Shown here piece by piece: positions 1-8,155 of a stretch of DNA of 64,000 nt (positions are counted from its first letter, which is position 1; every line of letters starts with the position of its first letter). A model generated the notes under the pieces. It did not search any database. It was not told where the DNA came from and worked only from the letters and a program-made list of their open reading frames with translations. The DNA is from a virus. The stretch spans positions 7,602 through 71,601 of the IMG/VR virus record IMGVR_UViG_3300008216_000011; one strand, 5' to 3'. The translations under genes and the position numbers were made by a program.

Positions 1-20
1 GGGACTCCGCAGTTCGCAAA

Positions 21-980
21 ATGAGGGCATTCGTCTCCTCTTTCTATGAGGCAAAGATTAATTTAGACGAAACTTGCTTTTATGACTTAATGCCAGAGCA
101 GTTTTTACTTGAGTACTTTGATTTGAAAAATCAGATTACAGAACACGTTTACAGAACATACGATAAGCCAAAAAACTATGATTTTCTGTCCTCCTTGCAG
201 GGAGTACTTGCGAGTGTCAAGAAACAAAAAGTTAAAATCAACGGAAAAGCTTTGCGTCCACACCTGGGGACCCTACGAGCCCGGAATTTTATAAAAACAC
301 TCTCTAAGACAGAACCATGTTGCAAATACAATTTGTTTGGTACTGTCACTGGTCGCCTTTCGACGTTTCCTGGCAGCTTTCCGATATTGACCATGAATAA
401 GGAATATCGAGCAGTTTTAGAGCCAACAAATGGATGTTATCTGGAGCTTGATTACAACGCTGCAGAATTGAGGACGTTTTTGTCCTTAGCTGGCCATGAT
501 CAACCAGACAACGATATTCACGAATGGAACGTCCAGCAGCTGTATGATAATAAGGTCAGCCGTGAGGACGCAAAGCAGAAGATTTTTTCTTGGCTTTATT
601 CGAATCACCTTGACATTAAAGCCGAGAAGGTTTATAATAAAACATCTGTAAAGGATAAGTATTGGAATGGAGAAGAGATAACAACGGTATTCGGTAGAAC
701 AATAGAGACTGACGAGCATCGCGCGCTTAACTATATTATTCAAAGTACGACTAGTGATTTAGTATTACGGCAAATGATTAAGCTTCATGAGTTCTTGCAA
801 GATAAGAAGAGTTTTATCGCGTTTTGTATTCACGACTCGGTTGTTATTGATTTGGATTCTGATGAAAAAGAGCATATTGAAGAATTGATCGATATATTTT
901 CAGATACCCGACTTGGCAACTTCAAAGCGAAGGCCAGCGTTGGATTGAATTTTGGAGACATGAGGGAACTTAACGTATGA
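21..980 (+). CDS. Family A DNA polymerase, polymerase domain (probably 5'-truncated by the window edge)
   Basis: TGRLS, motif A ELDYNAAELR, motif B REDAKQKIFSWLY, NYIIQST, motif C IHDSVV; frame is open upstream to the window edge. Confidence 0.85.
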   Translation: MRAFVSSFYEAKINLDETCFYDLMPEQFLLEYFDLKNQITEHVYRTYDKPKNYDFLSSLQGVLASVKKQKVKINGKALRPHLGTLRARNFIKTLSKTEPCCKYNLFGTVTGRLSTFPGSFPILTMNKEYRAVLEPTNGCYLELDYNAAELRTFLSLAGHDQPDNDIHEWNVQQLYDNKVSREDAKQKIFSWLYSNHLDIKAEKVYNKTSVKDKYWNGEEITTVFGRTIETDEHRALNYIIQSTTSDLVLRQMIKLHEFLQDKKSFIAFCIHDSVVIDLDSDEKEHIEELIDIFSDTRLGNFKAKASVGLNFGDMRELNV

Positions 981-1288
981 AGAAAAAATTATACAGCAAA
1001 CTAGTGAGAGACCGAATACCAGAGATTATTGAAGAAGATGGTAAGATGGTAGGGTTTCACGTTGCTACTGAGGAAGAGTATCAACAAGCTCTGCTCGACA
1101 AGTTGGTTGAAGAGGTACAAGAGTTTATTGCAGATCCCTGTCTTTCTGAAATGGCAGATGTGTGTGAAGTTCTGGAGTTTATAAAGAAAGAATTCAAACT
1201 TCACAGTGCCGGCGCCGAACAGATTGCAAAACGAGTCTCCAGGGGATCATTCAAGAACGGATATATTTTGGATTGGGTTGAGGAATAA
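977..1288 (+). CDS. MazG-like / phosphoribosyl-ATP pyrophosphohydrolase-like NTP pyrophosphatase
   Basis: KLVRDRIPEIIE...KLVEEVQEF...EMADVCEVL pattern. Confidence 0.75.
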   Translation: MKKKLYSKLVRDRIPEIIEEDGKMVGFHVATEEEYQQALLDKLVEEVQEFIADPCLSEMADVCEVLEFIKKEFKLHSAGAEQIAKRVSRGSFKNGYILDWVEE

Positions 1289-2121
1289 TGAATATTGTTG
1301 GCCTAGGCGCTGCTGGGTGTAATATTGCGGACACGTTCGCAAAATATCCGCAGTACACCAGCTACAAAATTGATGTTGGCCTCAAGGGTTACAAAAAGAA
1401 TGGCATTTACGCCATACCCAGGAAGGCAACTCATGAAGAATATGAAGAAAATTGTCCAAATTTTAAAAATTTCTTCAAAAACATCACAGGTAGGGTTATT
1501 TTGGCCACCTGCGGCGCCGGTACGGTCACTGGATGCGTCCTAAGGCTCTTGGAGCAACTTCCTGACGTTCCGGTCTCTATCCTGTACGTCAAGCCGGACA
1601 TTAGCCTTCTAGGCGAAATAAAAGCCACTCAAGAGAAGATTGTGTATAATATTTTGCAAGAATACGCAAGATCCGGACTAGTTGACAGAATGTACGTTAT
1701 TTCCAACTTGGAAGTCGAAAAGGTTCTGGTTGATATACCGATTAGTGGATATTACGATACGCTGAATGAAGCAATCGTATCAACTTTTCATATGTTGAAC
1801 GTTTTTTCGAATTCAGAACCCGTTGTCGGAGCATTCACGGAACCGGTTGATTCTGCTAGGGTTTCTACTATTGGAATTGTTGATTTAGAAAAAGAAGAAG
1901 AAAAGTTGTTTTTTGACTTGACAACACCCCGTGATCGGGTGTATTATTATGGTATAAACAGTGAGTCATTAAAAACAGACGGTAAGCTCTTTAAGAAGAT
2001 AACGAATTTTGTTAAGAGCAGGAATGAAGAGAATGTGAAAGTCTCGTACGGTGTGTTTGAGACGAACTATGAACAAAACTTAGCTTATTGTGTAAATCAC
2101 AGTTCGCTAATACAAACTTAG
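1288..2121 (+). CDS. Tubulin/FtsZ-superfamily GTPase (phage TubZ/PhuZ-like)
   Basis: N-terminal IVGLGAAGCNIAD and degenerate signature GAGTVTG (cf. GGGTGSG). Confidence 0.7.
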   Translation: MNIVGLGAAGCNIADTFAKYPQYTSYKIDVGLKGYKKNGIYAIPRKATHEEYEENCPNFKNFFKNITGRVILATCGAGTVTGCVLRLLEQLPDVPVSILYVKPDISLLGEIKATQEKIVYNILQEYARSGLVDRMYVISNLEVEKVLVDIPISGYYDTLNEAIVSTFHMLNVFSNSEPVVGAFTEPVDSARVSTIGIVDLEKEEEKLFFDLTTPRDRVYYYGINSESLKTDGKLFKKITNFVKSRNEENVKVSYGVFETNYEQNLAYCVNHSSLIQT

Positions 2122-2172
2122 ATGTTCGGGATATTGGCCGAACATACTCTAACCCAATGAAAGGAAATCAAA

Positions 2173-2946
2173 ATGGGTATTAATGTAGAAAAGATGCGAG
2201 CACGACTCGCGCAACTTAAGGGTGAAGGTGGTGGAAAGGATACGTTCTGGCGTCCACAAGATGGTGAACAGACGATTCGTATTATTCCTACCGCAGATGG
2301 AGATCCCTTTAAGGATTATTGGTTCCACTACAATGTGGGCAAGAACGCAGGGTTTTTATGCCCTAAGCGAAATTACGGAGAAAGCTGCGCCGTTTGCGAA
2401 TTCGCCTCTCGTCTTTGGACTGAGGGCGTTAACAACAACGACGAAGACAGCAAGAAGATGGCCAAGAGCCTCTTTACGCGCCAGCGCTTCTTCTCTCCCG
2501 TCATGGTACGAGGAGAAGAGAGCCGCGGCGTCCGAGTTTGGGGATATGGTAAGATGGCCTATGAGAATCTGCTATCTTTGGTCCTCAACCCAGAATACGG
2601 TGATATCACCGATGCTGAAACAGGCACTGACCTAGTTTTGGGCTATGGGAAGCCCCCAGGCGCTTCCTTCCCCCAGACGAAGCTCACGCCTCGCCGACGT
2701 TCCTCCACTCTATGTGAGGACATGACTCCGGAGAGTTGCAAGGAAATCCTTGATTCGATTCCGGACATGACTGACCTTTTCGAGCGTAAGTCATCGACTG
2801 AAGTTGAGAGTCTTTTGGACACTTATCTTTCCGATGATGAATCGGCCGAAACTCGCTCCAGCGAGACTACGAAGTACGCCTCTACGTCTACGAGTGAGGC
2901 TCCCTCCTCAGTGGATGCTGCATTCGCAGAACTTGGCATCGGGTAA
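2173..2946 (+). CDS. T4 gp32-like single-stranded DNA-binding protein
   Basis: FWRP..G.QTIRIIP, H..CP...CAVCE zinc site, YGDITD.ETGTD, acidic C-terminal tail; upstream of recA. Confidence 0.8.
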   Translation: MGINVEKMRARLAQLKGEGGGKDTFWRPQDGEQTIRIIPTADGDPFKDYWFHYNVGKNAGFLCPKRNYGESCAVCEFASRLWTEGVNNNDEDSKKMAKSLFTRQRFFSPVMVRGEESRGVRVWGYGKMAYENLLSLVLNPEYGDITDAETGTDLVLGYGKPPGASFPQTKLTPRRRSSTLCEDMTPESCKEILDSIPDMTDLFERKSSTEVESLLDTYLSDDESAETRSSETTKYASTSTSEAPSSVDAAFAELGIG

Positions 2947-2955
2947 AATATCCCT

Positions 2956-2986
2956 CCGCAGGGGGGCCCGGGGTTACAGGGGTCCC
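2956..2986 (+). ncRNA. Candidate structured RNA motif copy 1 (CCGCAGG-stem-GGGG...ACAG-stem)
   Basis: GGGGCCC/GGGTCCC stem; same architecture as 44667-44757 with compensatory changes. Confidence 0.4.
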
Positions 2987-3018
2987 ACATTATCACAAGC
3001 AAGATAAGGAATTTTTAG

Positions 3019-3528
3019 ATGAATAACATTACAGACACTTTGAGAGAACTAAGCGTCGCTGATGATGCACTTATCACCCTTAGCTATACCGAGGGTGCCG
3101 ATGTTTGGCATATTGACGACAACCACGTGGAAGAGACAATTGGTTACACCAAGACTGTTTCTCTCCTTGCTGGGCTCCTTGCCTCTGACGTAACCGTTTC
3201 GCGCGCTTACGGCACTCCTGACGATATTCTTGAAGACATGCGGGACGAGGGACTTCTCGATAACTATGACAACGAAGGTTCTTTCAAGGACTACTTGACT
3301 GGGCAGCTCACCGATACGATCTATGAAGGCGAGTATCCTTTGGATTACTCAACTCAGCATTACGACCACAAACGCGGCTGGTGCAACATCTCGACCAGGG
3401 TCAAAATTAAGGCAGCCGATCTTTACCGAATCGATGAAAACGAGTCTTCACCTAACTCGGCCGATGCGGTTGTCGAAGGTTTTACTGTTGAGGTGCAGAC
3501 ACCGGCCGGTACGCTGACGCTTAGCTAG
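3019..3528 (+). CDS. Hypothetical acidic protein
   Basis: 169-aa ORF with AAGGA SD, in operon context. Confidence 0.7.
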   Translation: MNNITDTLRELSVADDALITLSYTEGADVWHIDDNHVEETIGYTKTVSLLAGLLASDVTVSRAYGTPDDILEDMRDEGLLDNYDNEGSFKDYLTGQLTDTIYEGEYPLDYSTQHYDHKRGWCNISTRVKIKAADLYRIDENESSPNSADAVVEGFTVEVQTPAGTLTLS

Positions 3529-3746
3529 TGAAAATTCTAGACTTACATGGAGAATATCACCGCTCTGTACAGGGCATTGTAGAGGAGTTTGTGTTTTCGA
3601 ACGAGACCCCGCTGAAGATCATAACGGGAAAATCTCAAAGAATGAGAGAACTTGTCACTCAGGTGACGAACAGGAGTGGCCTTTACTGCCATTTCGAAAA
3701 TCTTACAAATAGCGGTTGTTTGATTATAACAAAATATAAAATATAG
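3528..3746 (+). CDS. Stand-alone Smr-domain protein
   Basis: LDLHG...KIITGKS motifs. Confidence 0.7.
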   Translation: MKILDLHGEYHRSVQGIVEEFVFSNETPLKIITGKSQRMRELVTQVTNRSGLYCHFENLTNSGCLIITKYKI

Positions 3747-3756
3747 GGAGAATAAA

Positions 3757-4893
3757 ATGGCTCGACGCAAATCAACGATAGGAAAACTTCAAATTTCAGA
3801 AATGAGAAGCCTTATCAACAAGAAAGCTGGCATGAATGTCGCTTTCGATCTTAAGAATGAAAACCCAACCGAAGTGAAAGCCTGGATTCCAACTGGATCT
3901 CGTTGGCTAGACTCGATTATTTGCCGCGGCCAACTAGCCGGCATCCCGGTTGGAAAAATCACGGAAATCGCCGGCCTAGAGTCGACAGGGAAATCGTTCA
4001 TGGCGGCACAAGTCGCCGCGAATGCTCAGAAGATGGGAATTGATGTTATCTACTTTGATTCTGAATCTGCTATCGATCCGACTTTCTTGGAGCGCGCTGG
4101 CTGCGATTTAGAAACGCTCTTGTATGTGCAGGCAGCTTCGGTGGAATTTGTACTAGAGACAATCGAAGAGCTTTTGGGTTCAAACGCCAACAGAATGCTG
4201 TTTATTTGGGATTCTCTGGCACTCACCCCTTCTATCTCAGATATCGAGGGCGATTTTAACCCCAACTCCTCTATGGCAGTCAAGCCTCGCATTCTCTCTA
4301 AGGGTATGGCAAAACTAACAGTGCCCATTGCTAATAGTCAGTCGACGTTCTTGGTTTTAAACCAGCTAAAGACGAACATCCCGTCTGGGCCAAATGCGCA
4401 CATTGTTGCTATGACCACTCCATACATTACACCCGGAGGAAAGGCCATGCACTATGCTTATTCACTTCGCGTGTGGCTCACTGGACGAAAGGCCAAAGCT
4501 TCCTTTATCATGGATGACAAAGGGTTCAGAATCGGATCAGAGGTAAAAGCAAAACTTGAGAAATCTCGATTTGGCACTCAGGGTCGCAATTGCGCATTCA
4601 AGATTCTTTGGGGAGAGGGTATCGGCGTGCAGGATGAAGAAAGTTGGCTGGAGGCCATCAAAGGTTCCGAGAACCTTCTTCAGCGCGGCGCATGGTATGC
4701 ACTTCAATACGAAAATGGAGATCAGGAGAAGTTCATGAGTTCTCAGTGGGTCGAGAAGTTGGCTAATGAAAAGTTTAAGCAGCGTGTCTTTGAAATTATG
4801 GACGAAGAGATCGTTATGAAGTTTGATAAACGTCAGGGAACTGCCAGCGAATTTTATGATACTGAAGAAGAATCATCAGAACAACAAAAATAA
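3757..4893 (+). CDS. recA: RecA/UvsX recombinase
   Basis: Walker A GLESTGKS, DSESAID, WDSLA, NQLK, TPGGKAM. Confidence 0.93.
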   Translation: MARRKSTIGKLQISEMRSLINKKAGMNVAFDLKNENPTEVKAWIPTGSRWLDSIICRGQLAGIPVGKITEIAGLESTGKSFMAAQVAANAQKMGIDVIYFDSESAIDPTFLERAGCDLETLLYVQAASVEFVLETIEELLGSNANRMLFIWDSLALTPSISDIEGDFNPNSSMAVKPRILSKGMAKLTVPIANSQSTFLVLNQLKTNIPSGPNAHIVAMTTPYITPGGKAMHYAYSLRVWLTGRKAKASFIMDDKGFRIGSEVKAKLEKSRFGTQGRNCAFKILWGEGIGVQDEESWLEAIKGSENLLQRGAWYALQYENGDQEKFMSSQWVEKLANEKFKQRVFEIMDEEIVMKFDKRQGTASEFYDTEEESSEQQK

Positions 4894-4901
4894 AATAACT
4901 C

Positions 4902-4948
4902 TTGACTCTGGAGGCACTGTGGGATATACTATTCTCACAGTGCCTTTT
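4902..4948 (+). promoter_or_regulatory. sigma70-type promoter embedded in a terminator-like hairpin
   Basis: TTGACT-17-TATACT; the -10 box lies in the loop of a 14-bp stem (4911-4924 with 4933-4946) ending in a T-run. Confidence 0.65.
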
Positions 4949-4965
4949 AGCAGATAGGAATTATA

Positions 4966-5349
4966 GTGAAAAATAAGCGCTATATCGGACTAGCCAAGCG
5001 AGTCGCAGAAGAGTCAGATTATGGAAAGTTTCGTCACGGAGCAGTCTTGGTTAAGGGTAGCTCCATTCGTAACGTTTCCTGCAACAAGCAACGACACTGC
5101 AGCTTTGGTACACGTTTCCGCGCACCAGACTGTGGAGATGCGACTCTGCATGCAGAATTAGGCGCCATTTTGGGAGTCGACAGGGGAGTAACCCGCGGCT
5201 CAACAGTTTACGTAGCAAGAATTAACAAAGAGGGAGAAGCTAAGATTAGCAAACCGTGCCCTATGTGTCAAAACGCGATGAAGCATGTTGGCGTCCGCCG
5301 CGTTGTGTACACAGATAAAGACGGAGATATTGTGAGTATGAGACTATGA
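4966..5349 (+). CDS. Zn-dependent cytidine/dCMP deaminase-family protein
   Basis: HGAVLV, HAE and PCPMC motifs. Confidence 0.85.
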   Translation: MKNKRYIGLAKRVAEESDYGKFRHGAVLVKGSSIRNVSCNKQRHCSFGTRFRAPDCGDATLHAELGAILGVDRGVTRGSTVYVARINKEGEAKISKPCPMCQNAMKHVGVRRVVYTDKDGDIVSMRL

Positions 5350-5810
5350 ATATATTTGTTGTTGACGAAGACCCGGTAGTTGCTGCACAGCAATTGTGTG
5401 ACAAGCATGTGGTAAAGATGATTCTTGAGACTGCACAGATGTTGTGTACGGTAGCAGCCAATCACGGCCACAAAACACCTTATCGTAAGACACACGCAAA
5501 GCATCCCTGCACTTTATGGGCCGGCACTTCTGCTGGAAATTGGACGTGGCTTCTCCGCCACGGCTTAGCTATGTGTGCTGAATATACGCGCCGCTATGGC
5601 CGCGTACACAAAAGTGAGGAGGTCATCATGTGGTGTAGCAGACTTACGATGAAATTCCTGGGAGCCAATCTGACGCCGTTCGCCCAAGCAATGCCTCCCC
5701 AGTATCACAATGACTGTGCAGTCACTGCATACCGTGCCTATTACCACGGAGAAAAAGCAAAGTTTGCTACATGGAAAACAGAGGAGCCAAAATGGTGGAG
5801 AGTAAGATGA
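5346..5810 (+). CDS. Pyrimidine-dimer DNA glycosylase (DenV-like family)
   Basis: MNIF..D.DP..AAQ.LCDKHVVKMILETAQML, HPCTLW, AYRAYY. Confidence 0.8.
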   Translation: MNIFVVDEDPVVAAQQLCDKHVVKMILETAQMLCTVAANHGHKTPYRKTHAKHPCTLWAGTSAGNWTWLLRHGLAMCAEYTRRYGRVHKSEEVIMWCSRLTMKFLGANLTPFAQAMPPQYHNDCAVTAYRAYYHGEKAKFATWKTEEPKWWRVR

Positions 5811-6772
5811 AAAGAGTGATGATTGTCGATAGCCTAAATCAGTTTATTAGGTCCTACATTGTTGATCCAAGTTTATCGACAAACGGTCAACCAATAGGCG
5901 GAACAAAGGGCTTTTTAAAGATTTTACAGAAACTCTGCAGGGATATTAACCCAGATGCTGTTGTTATCTGTTGGGACGGCAGAGGTGGCTCTAGGAAGCG
6001 CCGAAGTCTAGTTAAGGAATATAAGTCCGGACGCAAGGCCATTCGTCTAAATCGCGAAACCGACATGACCGAAGACGAAGAACTTCAAAATAAGATTTGG
6101 CAGCAAAGCCGGCTGATTGAGTACTTGAATGAACTCCCGGTGATTCAGTTTATGTTCGATGAGGTTGAGGCCGATGATGTAATCGGATATGTCAGTAAGA
6201 TGCCGCAATTCGACGGATGGCAAAAGGTAATCGTTTCCAGCGACAAAGACTTCATTCAGTTATGTGATGGTGAAACTGTGCTTTTTAGGCCGGTACAGAA
6301 GGAAGTCCTGAATAAGAACAATATCATTGAGAAGTTTGGAATTCACCCAAACAATTTTGCTTTGGCCCGGGCCCTTGTCGGAGACAAATCCGATAATTTA
6401 GAAGGTGTACGCGGCGTCGGCCTTCCTACGGTAAAGAAAAGATTTCCCTTTCTTTCTGAAGAAAAATCATATACAATACAAGAGTTGATAGAATTTTGTG
6501 ATAATGTTGACTCAAAGCTTAAGACTTACAAATCAATTTTAGAAAATGAAGATTTGGTGGCATTGAATTATAAGCTTATGCAACTGTATTCTCCAATCTT
6601 GTCAGTTCAGTCAAAAAGCAAGGTCGACTTCACTATCGATAATTTTGAATTTGAGTTCAACAAGACAGAGATGATCAAAATGATGCATGAAGATGGTTTT
6701 GGGTCGTACAATTGGGACGAGTTGTTCGCTAAAATGAAGAAAATATCGATTGATGGGCTAAGAGGGGAATAA
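5807..6772 (+). CDS. 5'-3' exonuclease / T4 RNase H-like flap nuclease
   Basis: IVDSLN, WDGRGG, EADDVIG, SSDKDF, GDKSDNLEGVRGVG; ATG at 5807 overlaps the upstream stop (ATGA). Confidence 0.9.
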   Translation: MKRVMIVDSLNQFIRSYIVDPSLSTNGQPIGGTKGFLKILQKLCRDINPDAVVICWDGRGGSRKRRSLVKEYKSGRKAIRLNRETDMTEDEELQNKIWQQSRLIEYLNELPVIQFMFDEVEADDVIGYVSKMPQFDGWQKVIVSSDKDFIQLCDGETVLFRPVQKEVLNKNNIIEKFGIHPNNFALARALVGDKSDNLEGVRGVGLPTVKKRFPFLSEEKSYTIQELIEFCDNVDSKLKTYKSILENEDLVALNYKLMQLYSPILSVQSKSKVDFTIDNFEFEFNKTEMIKMMHEDGFGSYNWDELFAKMKKISIDGLRGE

Positions 6773-8155
6773 ATGGATTTTAACGAAAAATCAGATTTTT
6801 CAAAGTATGGCAAAAGCTTTCAAGAGCAGCTGTGTATGCTTGTCCTTGATGATCGACCTTTCGCCGATCAGGTTGAAGAAGTTCTAGACATTAATTTTCT
6901 AGAACTTCGTTATCTACGTGTATTCGTAGAGAAGGTTTTTTCGTATCGTAAGAAGTATGACGTACATCCTTCCCGTAGGATTATGACAACTATTCTGCGC
7001 ACAGATCTGGAAGAAGAGAACGAACTAACCCAGCAACAGACTCGTGAATTCTTCGCGCGCGGCCACACTTTTAGTACTGAGGATGCTGGGTACATCAAGG
7101 AGACTTCTTTAGATTTCTGCAAAAAGCAGTGTCTGAAATCCGCTATGGTGAAGTCTATCGGACTCCTCCAGAAATCATCTTTCGATGAGATTTCGAAAGT
7201 CATTAATGATTCACTAAAGTTGGGCGCGAGCCCGGACACCGGCCATGATTGGAAAAGGGACTTTGAAGCCAGATACAAGCCCAAATTCAGAAACCCAGTA
7301 ACGACCGGCTGGGACTTATTGGATGATCTTTGCCACGGCGGCTTGGGTCAAAAAGAGCTTGGAGTGGTTATTGCGCCTACCGGTGCCGGAAAATCCATGG
7401 CCCTTGTACATTTAGGAACAAAAGCCTTAAGAGCTGGCAAAACTGTGGTACACTATACTCTGGAGCTGCAGGACACGGTGATCGGAACGAGATACGATAG
7501 CTGCCTCACCGGGGTACCGCTATCAAACCTTCTCTCCTTCAAAGAGAAAATATATGAAGAGGTTAAAGACATTCCCGGCTCCTTGATTATTAAGGAATAT
7601 CCAACGAAATCTGCTAGCACGCAAACGTTGCGAGGGCATCTTGAAAAGTTAAGATTGCGCAACGTTGAGGTTGATATGATCATTGTTGATTATGCCGATC
7701 TTCTTCGCCCCGTTTCAGCGCAGAAAGAGCGCAGAAATGAGCTTGAATCTATCTACGAGGAACTTCGTGGATTGGCTCAGGAGTTCGTGTGTCCAATTTG
7801 GACCGCTAGCCAAACAAACCGCTCAGGCCTCAATGCGGAAGTGATTACTATGGAATCGATTTCCGAGGCATTCAATAAGTGCTTCGTCGCAGATTTCATT
7901 TTTTCTATCTCTAGGACGGTCGAAGATAAGCAGGCAAATACCGGCAGAATCTTTATCGCAAAGAATAGAAATGGTCCAGATGGGCTGGTCTTCCCCCTCT
8001 TCATGGATACGTCGAGTGTGGCGATCAAAGTTCTTGAGCCAACAGCTGAGATGCTGACAGAACCAGTCCAAAGAACGGACAAGGAACAAAGAGAACTTTT
8101 GGCTCAAAAGTATAAAAAATTAGTAAAGGGTAAAAAAAGTGAAGTACACACATAA
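6773..8155 (+). CDS. Replicative DNA helicase (DnaB / T4 gp41-like)
   Basis: Walker A APTGAGKS, IIVDYADLL, TASQTNR, AKNRNGP. Confidence 0.9.
   Translation: MDFNEKSDFSKYGKSFQEQLCMLVLDDRPFADQVEEVLDINFLELRYLRVFVEKVFSYRKKYDVHPSRRIMTTILRTDLEEENELTQQQTREFFARGHTFSTEDAGYIKETSLDFCKKQCLKSAMVKSIGLLQKSSFDEISKVINDSLKLGASPDTGHDWKRDFEARYKPKFRNPVTTGWDLLDDLCHGGLGQKELGVVIAPTGAGKSMALVHLGTKALRAGKTVVHYTLELQDTVIGTRYDSCLTGVPLSNLLSFKEKIYEEVKDIPGSLIIKEYPTKSASTQTLRGHLEKLRLRNVEVDMIIVDYADLLRPVSAQKERRNELESIYEELRGLAQEFVCPIWTASQTNRSGLNAEVITMESISEAFNKCFVADFIFSISRTVEDKQANTGRIFIAKNRNGPDGLVFPLFMDTSSVAIKVLEPTAEMLTEPVQRTDKEQRELLAQKYKKLVKGKKSEVHT

Noticed and set aside
1288-2121. Nucleus-forming (chimallin) phage
   Set aside because: Tubulin alone is insufficient; no chimallin or multisubunit phage RNAP was recognised here, and promoters are host-sigma70 type. 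Cannot be excluded from this window alone.
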